In this document: one piece after another, positions 25,654 through 37,619 of the stretch
Layout: every line of letters starts with the position of its first letter
Numbering within the stretch: position 1 is the stretch's first letter
From: Lytechinus pictus
Taxonomy: Eukaryota
Assembly: GCF_037042905.1 (NCBI RefSeq)
Contig: NC_087250.1
Location: 6,760,001 to 6,824,000, forward strand
Length of the DNA: 64,000 nt
Direction: 5' to 3'
Notes under the pieces: model-generated
The model's database searches: none
Seen by the model: the letters and a program-made list of their open reading frames with translations, nothing else
What the model was told of the DNA's origin: nothing
Program-made: the position numbers and the translations under genes

Positions 25654-27211
25654 TACACAACAAAAAAGTTAGTCCCCCCTTAAACAAACATCAATAATTT
25701 CCGAACCAATGCGAGTTTTTAATATGTTTTTAAATGAGCGTGTAGGTAATTTATTAAGCTATTCTCTGAGTAAATGTTATGGACGTATTTTACTTCATGC
25801 TTCTGTGAGCACCGTCAAAAGGCAAAAAATTCACTTTTCAAAAGTCACAAGCCAAATATCATTACTTTGATTCAAATTTATTGGAACTAATTCCACATTC
25901 TCATCATGAAAAATAGTCAAAAGGCTTGAAAATTTACTTTCTAAAAGACAATACAACTTTTTTGAGCTAAATTTCACGGTTTAATAAACACAAGTCCAAA
26001 TTTGCCATAATTTGATTTTTTTTTAAATGATAGAATATGGCGACATTTATTTTTTGGAAGAGTATCTTCAACAATATTCATCGTTTCACGATTTCATTGA
26101 ACATAAATTGAAAAAAAAATACGATTTTCAAATATCTTAGGCATGTATTGTTTCATTTTGGTAACTGTAAATTATCTTTTCTCAATTTGTTCGTTATTTT
26201 CATGACCAACTAACATGCTTCAATGATTCAAAGGCATTTAATTAAACATTCACGCTTGATTGAACATGTGGAATGTGATTAGCTCTTTTTTACCTTATTG
26301 GAAAAAATGCAATTTGTAACTATGGATATCTGTCACAAACCTCCTTGCTTAGTTCATTTGATTTGATTTTCATGAAAATCCCGATGTTTAATGCATCAGT
26401 GAGCAACCTATGGGCAGAATTCTGTGCAAAAATGAAATCGATTTGTTTATTTATGGATGAGTGAGCACGCATCAAAATGGGAAAATTAGTATTTTCAATG
26501 TCACAGACTCATTTTAAAGGTTGATGAAATTAATATTGGGGGCAAATTCGGTTTCGAATGTGACTTTAATTGATGTTGTTTTTATCACACACTTTCCGAA
26601 TGCACGTTATACTGCATAGATGTATTTTTTTCCTAACAATTTCTCATGATCATTTTAATTTATGGACAAATGAGTGGTGGATCCAGAATTTTAAAGTGGG
26701 GGAGGGGCCTATAATCGGGGGAGACACCAACATTTTCAAATTGTAACATGATCTAACAAGTTGTAGAGGACACTACCATGAACCCCTATGGTGATACGTC
26801 ACAATACAGGGGCCGCAGAACGGTTTTCAAAGTGGAGGGGGGTGGGGTGCTGACCATTCCAAAAAATCACAATCGTATGGTCATTTTTACATTTTTGTAC
26901 ATGCTTTTGGAAAAGAGTGGGGGGTGAAGCCCCCCCCCCCCCCCCCCGCCCTCTTCCCCAGCTTTCGCGGCCCCTGCAATACATTGTGCTCACTCAACCA
27001 TGAACATACCATATGAAAATATGGTCTGAAGTGGTTGAATGATGGATAGTAAAACAGCATAAGACCATAAAATTCACATAAAAACAACTTTTGCCCAAAT
27101 TTGTATTTGCACAATCTAAAAAATGATTCGTTTGACTTTTAAAAGTGGTCATTTTTGTTTCAATCTTTAATTACTTTTCAAAATGCCAACTTTTTATTGA
27201 TGTGCACTGTA
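25654..27211. mobile_element. Probable degenerate Tc1/mariner-like non-autonomous element
   Basis: TACACAACAAAAAAGTTAG at left versus CAACTTTTTATTGATGTGCACTGTA at right (imperfect TIR, CAGTG/TA type). Confidence 0.5.
26807..26976. mobile_element. Short MITE with CAGGGGCCGC/GCGGCCCCTG TIRs
   Basis: Clear 10-bp TIR, CAATA on both flanks; diverged relative at ~39277-39449. Confidence 0.75.
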
Positions 27212-29089
27212 AGTAGTTCGATACTGTAAATAATTAGTATGAACATAAAATCGCTGCTCGTACCCACCAGCCCACCTACGTTGTTTCCTTAAGTGGTAAA
27301 CTAATCCTTCGTAAGCATGGTAAGATGATGAAAAAACTTTCGTTGAAAATTTAGGTTATCGATATTGAGGCATATTTCGCACTTTTTCTAGAACTGTTAA
27401 GTAAATTATTTACTAATATATGCTTGCATTTCTTTCTCTTTTAGAATTATGGTGGTTATAGTGAGTATATGATCCCCAAACATGGATCATGTTAATTGAG
27501 CAATTGCCACAACAGGGGATCCTCATCTCACGGAGTCATAATGTGTGTAATTCAAAAGCACTACAGCGGAATGAAATTAACCTGAAAACACTCTGGTGGA
27601 ATGTACATTCTGTTTTTGTTTTCATCCCGGATCTAAACGATGGATGGTAGGAGTAAGACTACTGTTCTTCAGCCGATAGCGCATTGAACAGCAACTCTGG
27701 AGCTTTGCTGAATGGAATACAATATCCGAATGATACTGTTAGACCAACGAAACTGGTCGGTTAAATAATGTGCAAGATATTTCTGGGTCCCGTAGCAAAA
27801 GGCTAGCGGTTAATCGCAAAATGAAATGGCCTATCAAGATCATCGTTGCTTGTGCATTTTTTCAGTACGCTGACTAGGAACCAATCAGAATTGTTCTTTC
27901 AAATTAGTCAATCTCGTAACTGTGACAAGGTTAACCTTCCAAAATATAGTATTCGAGGAATATACCTATGGAACAGGTGTCAAATTTATGTAGATAAACA
28001 GATAACTCTGTCCTCCCAAAACGGTTTGAATGATAGTTGTCTTCTTCAGGGGGTGGTATACAGAACAGTATTCAATAAAAAAAAGATGGGTCGAGTAAGT
28101 GCACTAGTTATTTATTGCTGCAACTTATTTCATTGGACAAACATTACTTGAAGATGTATGAAGAAATTAAACAAATATAAATTAATTTAATAACATAAGA
28201 AAAGGGAATGTGTAACATCATCAGCCCACGTAATGAATATTTATGAGGACATGCATATAATTATTTTCACAAAATATTGCTAAACTTCAAAATTCAATAG
28301 CTTCATTATTTTTTTTCCAATTTTTATGAAAGCTTCAGCATTTTGCTTTGTGAATTGTACTCTTTTCATTAGATTTAAATATTATCAGCCCTCTGGAACT
28401 TGTGCAAAAAAGCCCCTCATTCATTCTTGGGGGAAATTTTCATGTAACCTATATAACATGAATGTTGTTTAATGAGCTCTCGGATTCAATATGATATCAA
28501 AACAATTATTACATTCTTTGACCGAATGTAACATTGATAATTAGGGCAACGGGCAACTCTATTACGGGTAAAAGAAAGCATGATAAGATTGGATGTGACC
28601 CAAATCACAGACCAATCTGGGGCTAAACGAACGGACTGATTTCAAAGTCAAAGGTGCTCGCCAACATCAAGTGCGTGTGTGTGTTTCTCTTGACCTTTAC
28701 TATTATTAATGCGAACTAAGCCTTATTATTTTTTTTCCATTTCCGTTTAATTTCTGACATCAACATTTCAAATTTTTTCATTAGAAATAACGTTTATCCA
28801 GTTACAAACTAAATCAGCGGGTTGCCATATATTTTACTTGTATATTTTCTTCCTCCGGTCTTCGGAGATCGGTGGCAAGCCGCAGATTTCAGGTCCTTTC
28901 TTGATGGTGCTGTCAACATAGGTGGATTTTTAAGATTTATCTTAGGCAGTGAAATGTCAGAGAAGAATTTTAGGATGTGTGCAGGCAAGTCAAGGTTCTC
29001 AACATGCTCTAGTATGTCCAGACGCTGCGTCAATTATTATAATCTATATAAACACACACAGTAAACGTATATTTGTAGCCGGAGGGGTC

Positions 29090-29250
29090 GTAGAAGTAGT
29101 AGAAGCAGCAGCAGCAGTGGTGGTATCAGTAGTTGTAGTACTAGCAGCAGCAGCAGCAGCAGTAGTGGCAGTAGTAGTACTAATGGACTACATCTACTAC
29201 TACCACAACTCGTAGTAGTATTAGTAGTTGCTGCAGTAGTTTTAGTAGTA
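29090..29250. repeat. (GTA/GCA)n trinucleotide repeat
   Basis: Directly visible. Confidence 0.9.
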
Positions 29251-32200
29251 TCAGCAGAAATTGATGTAACAGTGCTTTAATAGTTTTAATTACTGATCAG
29301 ATAAGCCTTAAGCTGAATGGCATTTAGTTCATTCTCTAAACTCCTTAGATTTAAGTAGTTTGCAGCTAGTTACCAAATCAAAGTTAGACTGAAATTGTTA
29401 ATCTGATGATATAGATTTATAATTCAATTTTATATGATTGAAACTTTTTCATATAATTTTGGATTGGTCCCTGCCCACAGTCTATTACATTAACTTTCAA
29501 TCTACGGATGTTAAGAGAGTGCGCAAGATGTATAATTGTAATCGATGATATAGACCCTAATTGACAAGATCAATAAATTATGACTGATATATATTAAGGA
29601 TGGTAATCGCAGAGCAGGAATACCTACATTCTATTTCGTATGCAAATTTAGAGAAACGATGACGTCATCCACTCTATTTAATTCATCCCGATTAGTGTAT
29701 TTCATTTTTTCTTGTCCATACTGCTCATTAGTTATTCTTGCCAAATGAGAAAAGAAGCCAAACTTCCTAAAACTATCATGGTGCAATTTGTAAATACTTT
29801 AAAATTAATCGCCGAATATCAATGTACAGAAAGTAGTATAGGACAACTATAAGCAATTGTAGTGATAAGAAATAAAAATTTATAAGCAGTTAGAAAGGCC
29901 CACTTTCGAAATAAGTATTATGTAATTATACTATTTATTCATATATTTTATGAAAATTAAGTACTTTTTTTTCTCTCTCTTATACATCGATAGAGTAAAC
30001 GAATCTTATAGTACTGTATATAATGTTTGTCTATTATTTAAAGTTGAATCAGATAGTGCGATAACATAGAGAAGAATATGCCTATATCACCTTGATCACA
30101 AACACTGTTATTTAACACAGATTGTACAAACATACTAAACTATTAAATATGTATATTTACATAGACATGCTTTGAAATTGTCGCAAGATGTGCCCAATAA
30201 TATCCGTAATGGTTAACTTACGAAAATGATTTAAAAAATTAATAATATCAGAATATAAAAGATATTAGAGTATAGAAAGTAATATATTTCAAAAAATATA
30301 ATGTAATATTTTCAAAGAATGAAATGGTGAATAAACATAACAATAAATGTTCCTTGCGTAGACTTCTATACTACCGCTTTTAGACATGTATTTTGGCTTC
30401 CAGTGAAAGTTTGTTGACCTTTTGACCTTTTCCTGACCTTGTCTTGACGTTTTATATCATCTGGATAAGGACTTCTGATGAAAGACTGATCAAAATCAAA
30501 AATAAAAAAGTACACACATGCATAAAAACACGGAAAAAATGAGCTTTCTTCACACCGTCAGTGTAATTTGCCATTTAATGAAAGTTTGTTGACCTTTTGA
30601 CATTTCCGGTCATAACTTTGTAACGAGAGGTCAAGAGTATATGATTGTGTACACTTTTTTGTTCAGTATAAAAAGACAAACAATTTGACAATTGGGAAAC
30701 AACTGGGACAATTAAAAAAATTGACCCTTATTGACCCAATTTTGACCACTAACATGGTCAAGATGACCATTATAAATTTATCATCAAGTTGAAAGTTGTT
30801 TCTTGTGATGTAACCAGTCACATAAAAGTGAAAAATCAGACTTAGCCAATTTGTCGAAGTAAATGACATATGCTGTCTGACTATTATTTCGTTCTGGAAA
30901 AAAAGCTTAAAATCCTATTAAAAAAAGTAAATTGCAGTAATGTTGTACCTTTGAGACAACGTAAAAATTGTTATATTCTGTCATTTGTAAGATGTCATTA
31001 TCTTTGGTTTAGTTATATGACATGAGCTAGTGTTTTCATCATTCAGATATTTCACAAATTGTATCATTAAGTTTTCTTCCAGCTACAGAGTGTTTTGTTT
31101 TGACTGAAGTGGTATCACACTTATCACTTTCTTGAAATCCTTCGTGCAGGGAAATCGATCCATGACTCGGATGTTAAGGGGGCATGATAACAAAAAATGT
31201 CAACATTTCGATTTTATAACCAATACATTTGCACGCGTCGTGTATTGATAAGCTGTGTAGGAAATAATTCAACGTATCAGTAATTTATGCACGAAAGGGT
31301 GCAGAGTGCAATGAATCCATTTTTACGACGGATACAAAATTTAATAAAAACATACACTTCAAAGTAAAATTCATGTATGTTTTGTCATTTGTTTATTTGC
31401 GTACGTGCATGTATGTTAGTGTGCATGTAAACACGATCGAGTGTGCGTAGGTATGCGCACGTCGGTACGTGGCAGAGAGGGTGGGAGTGTGGGTGAATGT
31501 GTGTATTTCATGTCGTATTACATGCATCAGGGTTTTATTAGGGATGATATGACGAGGTACAATCCAAAATTAATTATTCCCTTCAAAATGACCCCTTGTT
31601 TGTAGTTACATGAACATGTTCTTTCCCACAGCTTAGATTCCTCAAATCAGACTCTTTCACATCCTTGGATCTTTTCCAAAAAAGTAAAAAAAAAAAAAAA
31701 AAATACGCTTCACATAACTATCTACCTAGGCCCATTTTGTAATGATCTACCTGCCGTTATTGAATAAAGGGTGTAGCAATATCTTAGTTACATACGGCAG
31801 AATACCAGTTGCTACAAAAAAAAAAGATTTCTCAGTTATAGATTCATGAAGGTACTCAAAGTAAACGGTTCTACAATAATGACTCTACAATGCTTAGTTT
31901 CGGGGATGATGTCCATGCCGAATACTGACCCTACTTTAATGCATGTTCATGGAACGCGCAGTCAACGGCCGGGGATCTTCTTGCCAAGAAGTGGCATTGA
32001 AACATAATTTTAAGATATAAAGCAGTTAACGTATCCAACCCCACCAGGATGCTCTGAGGCCGTGGATACATATACTTCATCAAAATAGGGTAGGTCTACC
32101 ATCCATATAGCTTTTAATATGTAGATGAGTTTACTTTGCTTTTTAAACATTAAGTCTACCCCCTGGCTGATTGAGAATAGTGATTGAACTATATAGTAAT

Positions 32201-32280
32201 AATAATTATATAACCGACTGGTTCATTAGCACTTTCTGCCTGGGAATACAAATCGCTATTCTTGATATCCCTGCTTTATT

Positions 32281-32700
32281 AAAAGGTCAAGTCTACCTCA
32301 GAAAAAAAATATTGATTTCAATACATTAACAAAATAAACAAGCACAACACTGAAAATTTCATCAAAATCGGATGTAAGACCAGAAAGTTATCACATTTCT
32401 AAAGTTTTGCTTGTTTTGTAATAAAACAATGATAGGCACATTTCAGTTACACGCAAATGAGACAATTGATGATGTTCCTCACTCACTATTTATCTTGCCT
32501 TGTTATTGTTTAATTATAAAATATTTCATTTGCTCAGATATGTGACAATAAAGACTAACTTGAGCGAACCGTATTGAATCAAACAATCGTAATTACACAT
32601 GTTCAGAGAGGAGGAATGATTCCTTGATTCGCATAAAAATGATAATATTTCTTGTTATAAAATACAAAATTATTATTATTCAATACTTTATGTTATTTCT
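32281..32700. mobile_element. Degenerate copy of the TTAA-target MITE family
   Basis: AAAGGTCAAGTCTACCTCAG...AAATTTCATCAAAATCGGATGT. Confidence 0.8.
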
Positions 32701-33308
32701 TTTCCCCCCAATGATGTCTTTATGGTATGGTACTTATTATGTTATGCATCAGAGTCCGAAACACTATATTTTACATGGATATACATTGTAATGTTAAAAG
32801 GCGGAGAGTGTCTGATATTGGTAATAATTACATAAATTTTTTTTTCCCGGTAATTTAGTTGATAGGCAGAAAACTGAGCGCTTAGAAACACCTGTATTAA
32901 GCGCCCTACAAATGTTATAATCATTATTATTATTATTATAAATTAAAAGTACGCATATATCAAATATGTTTTACTTGACTCATTGAGATTTATGCAAATA
33001 TACCATCTTGCCGAATATAAATTGAAGGAAACCTTCAATAACAAGCTTTGCTTTCCAGAAGGTTCCTATTTCATTTCAAAATGTTATATTATATTTTGCT
33101 TTACTTTGTAACTTTGTTGAAATTTTGGAATGAATAAATTCGTTATCAATCAATCGATCAATGTGAAATATATACAAGATTAAAAGGTTGCACAGAAAAA
33201 AAAGGAGAAAGAAAGGGATTGAAAATGAACAAGAAAATTAAGAAAGAAGATGAGGTGAAGGAGAAGAAGGGAGAGCAAGATGAAGTGGATAATGAACATA
33301 TTAATTAA

Positions 33309-33900
33309 AGGTCAAGTTCACTTCAGAAAATTGTTGATTTGAATCAATAGAGAAAAATCAGACAAGCACAATGCTGAAAATTTCATCAAAATCGGATGTA
33401 AAATAAGAGAGTTATGACATTTCAAAATTTCGCTTATTTTTAACAAAATAGTTGTATGAACGAGCCAGTTACATCCAAATCAGAGAGTCGATGATGTCAC
33501 TCACTCACTAATTTTTTTTTTTGAATTATACAATATTTCAATTTTTACGAATTTGACAATTAGGACCTCCTTGCCTGAAGCACAAAATGTTAAAATAATG
33601 GAATTCCACATGTTCAGGGAGGAATGAAACTTCATTTCACATGACAATGACGAGAAAATAAAAATATTTCATATTTCATATAATAAAATACAAAAAAAAT
33701 AGTGAGTGAGTGATGTCATCAATTCCTCATTTGCATACCGACCGAGATGTGCATATAACTGTTTTGTGAAATGAAGCGAAACTTTAAAATGCCATAACTT
33801 TCTTATTTTACATCCGATTTTGATGAAATTTTCAGTGTTATGCTTGTTGAATTTTTCTCTTTTTGATCAAATCAAGTTTTTGCTGGGGTGGACTTTTCCT
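33309..33900. mobile_element. Complete ~590-bp Kolobok-like MITE (TTAA duplication, long TIRs)
   Basis: TTAA|AGGTCAAGTTCAC ... GTGGACTTTTCCT|TTAA; long internal complementarity; further copies at ~17365, 25207, 32281, 43940. Confidence 0.9.
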
Positions 33901-34145
33901 TTAAACAAGAGAAATATGAGAAAAGAACGAACCAAGGAGGAGGGAAGAAATATGAAGATATGAAGTATAGAATAAGGTGAAGAGAGAAAAAGGGGTAGGG
34001 TCAACAGAATGGAGAGAAAGAGGAGATTCGTCACTAAAAATACATTTACAAGGATAACAGAGAAATTGAATTATGCAAGGTTAAGAATTATAACAACATA
34101 ATGCAACCCAGGTAGTGGTAAATTTTGATACAATATACATTTACA

Positions 34146-34719
34146 TTATACAAATATACAATGACACTCGAGGATCTGGCTCAAACTATTCGCATCGAAG
34201 GAACATCACATAGTACTATGATCCCGAGGGCCATCGGCCTGAGGGAGAATAGTACTATGTGATGTTCCTGAGTGCGAATAGTTTTAGCCTGTTCCGAGAA
34301 TGGGTCATTGTATATTTGTTTTATATCCCTTCCACTTATATCATTTTACAGCGAAACGATTTTTAATAAGTGGATATAGTCAACAATCGTTGAGAAGTTG
34401 AAAAAATAATAAGTCTTGCCGTATGGATCGTCTGTTCAGCGAGCGCACCTGGTTAGTGCAGCTAGCCGAAAGTTTCCCGTGGCATGCAGTGGAGAGTACC
34501 GTTTGGCTGAGCAGCGCTCTACTCGCATCGCGCCGCACAGCTCGCGAATCGCGACGTAAAAAACGTATAGTTCACTTTTTTCCCTAGGAAAATAATGGAC
34601 TATGCGTGACGTCAGCAAGGAAAATGAACTATTTTATGGCAAACGTTGTTCGTAGTAAAACTATTCTTTTTCTCCTTGTGTACACTCTCAATACAACAAT
34701 CTTAAGTAAGGGATATAAT
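34146..34719 (-). mobile_element. Putative non-autonomous Crypton-like element
   Basis: Terminal 170-bp hairpin (34150-34319) followed by TTTATATCCCTT; far end AAGGGATATAA; mirrors the layout of the 11838-14170 element; no ORF. Confidence 0.6.
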
Positions 34720-35229
34720 ATAAAATATAGCGAAAGTATAGGTGTATATCGAGCACAAGGTAGTGAGACAAGGGGGTCCAGGTGATAGAACTGTCAATAA
34801 TAAGTCAACCTACAATGGTGAAGGGACTTTCCAACCACTTTCCTGAAAATCATCATATTTTATTTTAGCTCTCATGAGGTACCCCATCGGCTTAACACGG
34901 CGCACTTTTGACTTGTCTGCTTATCCTTAGGCGCTATAACTCCACCGATCACAGATATGCCTTCGAAGTGCCTAGTGACACAAAGGAAAACAATTAACAA
35001 TAATTGTATAAATGAAAAAACTTTCTGAATACCTGCCCAGTTTTCATTTTACTAAGAGACAGGAATATGAAAAAGATGACAACTGACCATCTCTAGATCA
35101 ATAAATACGAGAGGGGGGCAGCCCAGCTCCCCCCCCCCCCCCCCCCCCCCCCCCCGCTGAGACTTGGTGTGTATGAATTCGGATTGCCCGAATTCTAGCT
35201 CTAAATCTTAAACACGCACACGCATGTTT

Positions 35230-35979
35230 ATTGAGATAGGCAGCTTGTTCTTTATTCAAAACGTGCTTAAATTATCAAGTTTTCGATCACAATATCAAGC
35301 GCTTTCTGCTCGCGCTTCACGCTCGCATTATTATAAAAATACTCAATTACCCATCCTACTAAAGATTTACAAGATATGAATAGAGTGTCACGTTTTATGG
35401 TCTAAAATCTAAATTTTCATCCAATCGAGCTTCGCGCTCGCATTAATTGTTTAGTTACATATCTATCCATTTCTGTGATTACAAAAAGTGTTTTGAATTA
35501 CCATTTTTGTTTAGGTCAAAATGTCAAGAATTCCAGCTCGTGCTTTGCGCTTGCATTATTTAATTGTTGAAGCACGTATCGCTTTTATGGGTAACTGCAA
35601 AGAGTTCTCAGCAGGTCTATTTTCGATCAGGCCGGAACGTTTATTAAAGATGTCTGCTCGCGCTTGGCGTTCGCGTTAACTATCTAGTTACACACGAATC
35701 TTGGTCAGGATCAAAAACATTAACCGAAATGTTAAATTTTTACGACTAAAAACATGAAAGTTTATACAAGAAATTTAGATCGTGCTTCACGCTCACACTT
35801 TTTATATATGGCTTATGAGATTATTTCATGTTTATGTTGTTTTATAAGAATAAGGCTAAGAAGTGACTGTGAGGACTACCCCTTCAAACAATCAAAAAAT
35901 AACCGGCCGATCGGGGAAAATATGGATGAACAAAATTTCGGACCCCATCCCCTATTGGAAAAAGCTGGTTCCGCCCCTG
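35230..35979. repeat. Uninterrupted copy of the GCTCGCGCTTCGCGCTCGCA repeat (Crypton empty-site paralogue)
   Basis: Collinear with 11390-11837 plus 14166-14679; TATCTAGTTACACACGAATCTTGGTCAGG at 35681-35709 spans the Crypton junction. Confidence 0.85.
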
Positions 35980-37169
35980 TGACATATACACACACAGACA
36001 AGAAAATAATGCCCCCATCTCTCCCCCCCCCCCCCTTCCGACAAAAAAAATAGCTACGCAAATGAATAATTTTTTTTTTTTTATTAGGTTTTACTATTTT
36101 CATTTTTTGATATCTGAGTTAGATATATCATTATTTCTTCTAGTTTTAACGTTTTCACAGTATACTATCAGAGCCCATCTCCCCCCTCCCATTGTATTAT
36201 CGGGAACTACATGTATGTATCGGTCTGAACTCTTCTGACCTTAACAGACCTCATGACAGTCATGAAAATCACATTCGTAAAAGTCATTACCCTCATTTCA
36301 AGATTGAGCGTACAAATTTGAAGCACTTAATGAATAATCCAATTAGAAAAAGCAGATGTTTTATTTCTGTTTCTAAATGTTATGTTCACATATATAATGC
36401 CAAGTAAATAGAGATAAGCGTATTTAATTTAATCTTGAGTGCTTTGCTGAGACTGGCACAAGTACGTGATCCAGGCTTTTGCCTATGATTTCAAGGGACT
36501 GGGATTGATAATTGCTCTGTTTAATTTTCTTGTCTTTATTTTTTTTTTTGGGGGGGGGGCAAAAAAAGGGGTTTGGATGGGGTAGAAGATGACATAATTA
36601 CCATTAAAAAGAGGGGTCATGAATATTTTTTTTTCAATAACAAAAAATAAAACCCATGCCTTTAATCGCAAACACATACGGTTATCACTTAAAGAACCAT
36701 TAAAGAAACTGAAGAAATATCTGACGAAGATAATTAAATTTATTAAATAAAAGCAAAAAATAAGAAACTTGGAAAGGTATCGCTTTTATTATATTGGTGT
36801 ATCATTGGTTTCCCGGGGGCGTGTTAAAAGTTTCAAAATATCTTTAAAATATTATTCAATTTCATTATGTTATGCAATAGTCAATAATATCCTATTTCCT
36901 TTTTTTTATTTTGACAACGGCTCATGTATTTATCAAACTGCTCGTGCGTAAGCTTGTTTTTGACAATATTGTCCATTCAAAGGCACATGCAAAGGCAGCA
37001 CTTAATTTAATATTCAAGGTATCAACAAGATAAGTGTATCTGTTACACATTAAGCACATACAATTCCTTATAAGGACTTCTCATTTGAATACAATACGTT
37101 CCGAATTCTAGAGGACTAGTGCTTGGTAAACATTGCAAATAAAAGAAAGAAAAAAAGGAACAGTATTTT

Positions 37170-37619
37170 GCACACGTCATCCAGAGAGTATATGCAAATT
37201 CCTCCTAGTTGTCATCCAATCAGAAAAGAGGAGCGCGTATCCCGAAATAATCGAAATCGAGATCCACAATCGGCATTATTACCTCGAAGAAAACTCAAAA
37301 TCTCGCTTAAAACCTGTTTGCTGACGAATGGGAAACATGATATCCGTTTTGCCTGCTTTTCTTACATGACTTTGGATCTTATATTCCAATAAAGTGCAAC
37401 ATATCACATGACCTAGATTTCTACACAGTTAAATGTATAGGACTGTCCATTGATACACTGCTATAATCTACATGAAGACACTTTTGGAATTTCGATCACA
37501 TTGTCAGACAAAGAGAAGTCGTGATTCATCTCTGGAGAAGAAGATCCATTAAAAGTGCCATTCAGGAGACAAGCCAGATTTCGTACTTCATTTTGTTGAA
37601 CACCGCTTTGCAAGTGAGT
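37170..37619 (+). promoter_or_regulatory. Candidate Pol II promoter and first exon in unique-looking sequence
   Basis: ACGTCA (37174), octamer ATGCAAAT (37192), CCAATCAG (37216), then donor CAA|GTGAGT (37614); no downstream exon identified. Confidence 0.35.

Larger units (their letters stand above)
24100..29560 (-). pseudogene. Decayed Toll-like receptor-type gene (LRRs, TM, TIR), fragmented by MITEs
   Basis: Manual minus-strand translation in N-to-C order: LEHVENLDLP (ORF 28809-29033), ISPFV and SNLIMLSFTRNRV (~28645-28555), PTSFVGLT (~27760), IHRLDPG*KQKQNVHSTRVFSG (~27645-27580), FFHHLTMLTK (~27335), hydrophobic TM-like stretch (~24790-24730), SILY...TLVLL (~24490-24440), SLPFSFVRQYQS (~24203-24168); many stops and frameshifts. 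Confidence 0.62.

Noticed and set aside
28809..29033. SOCS-box-like reading of VENLDLPAHILKFF
   Set aside because: In-frame stops lie immediately upstream and there is no BC-box; better explained as a decayed LRR within pseudogene A
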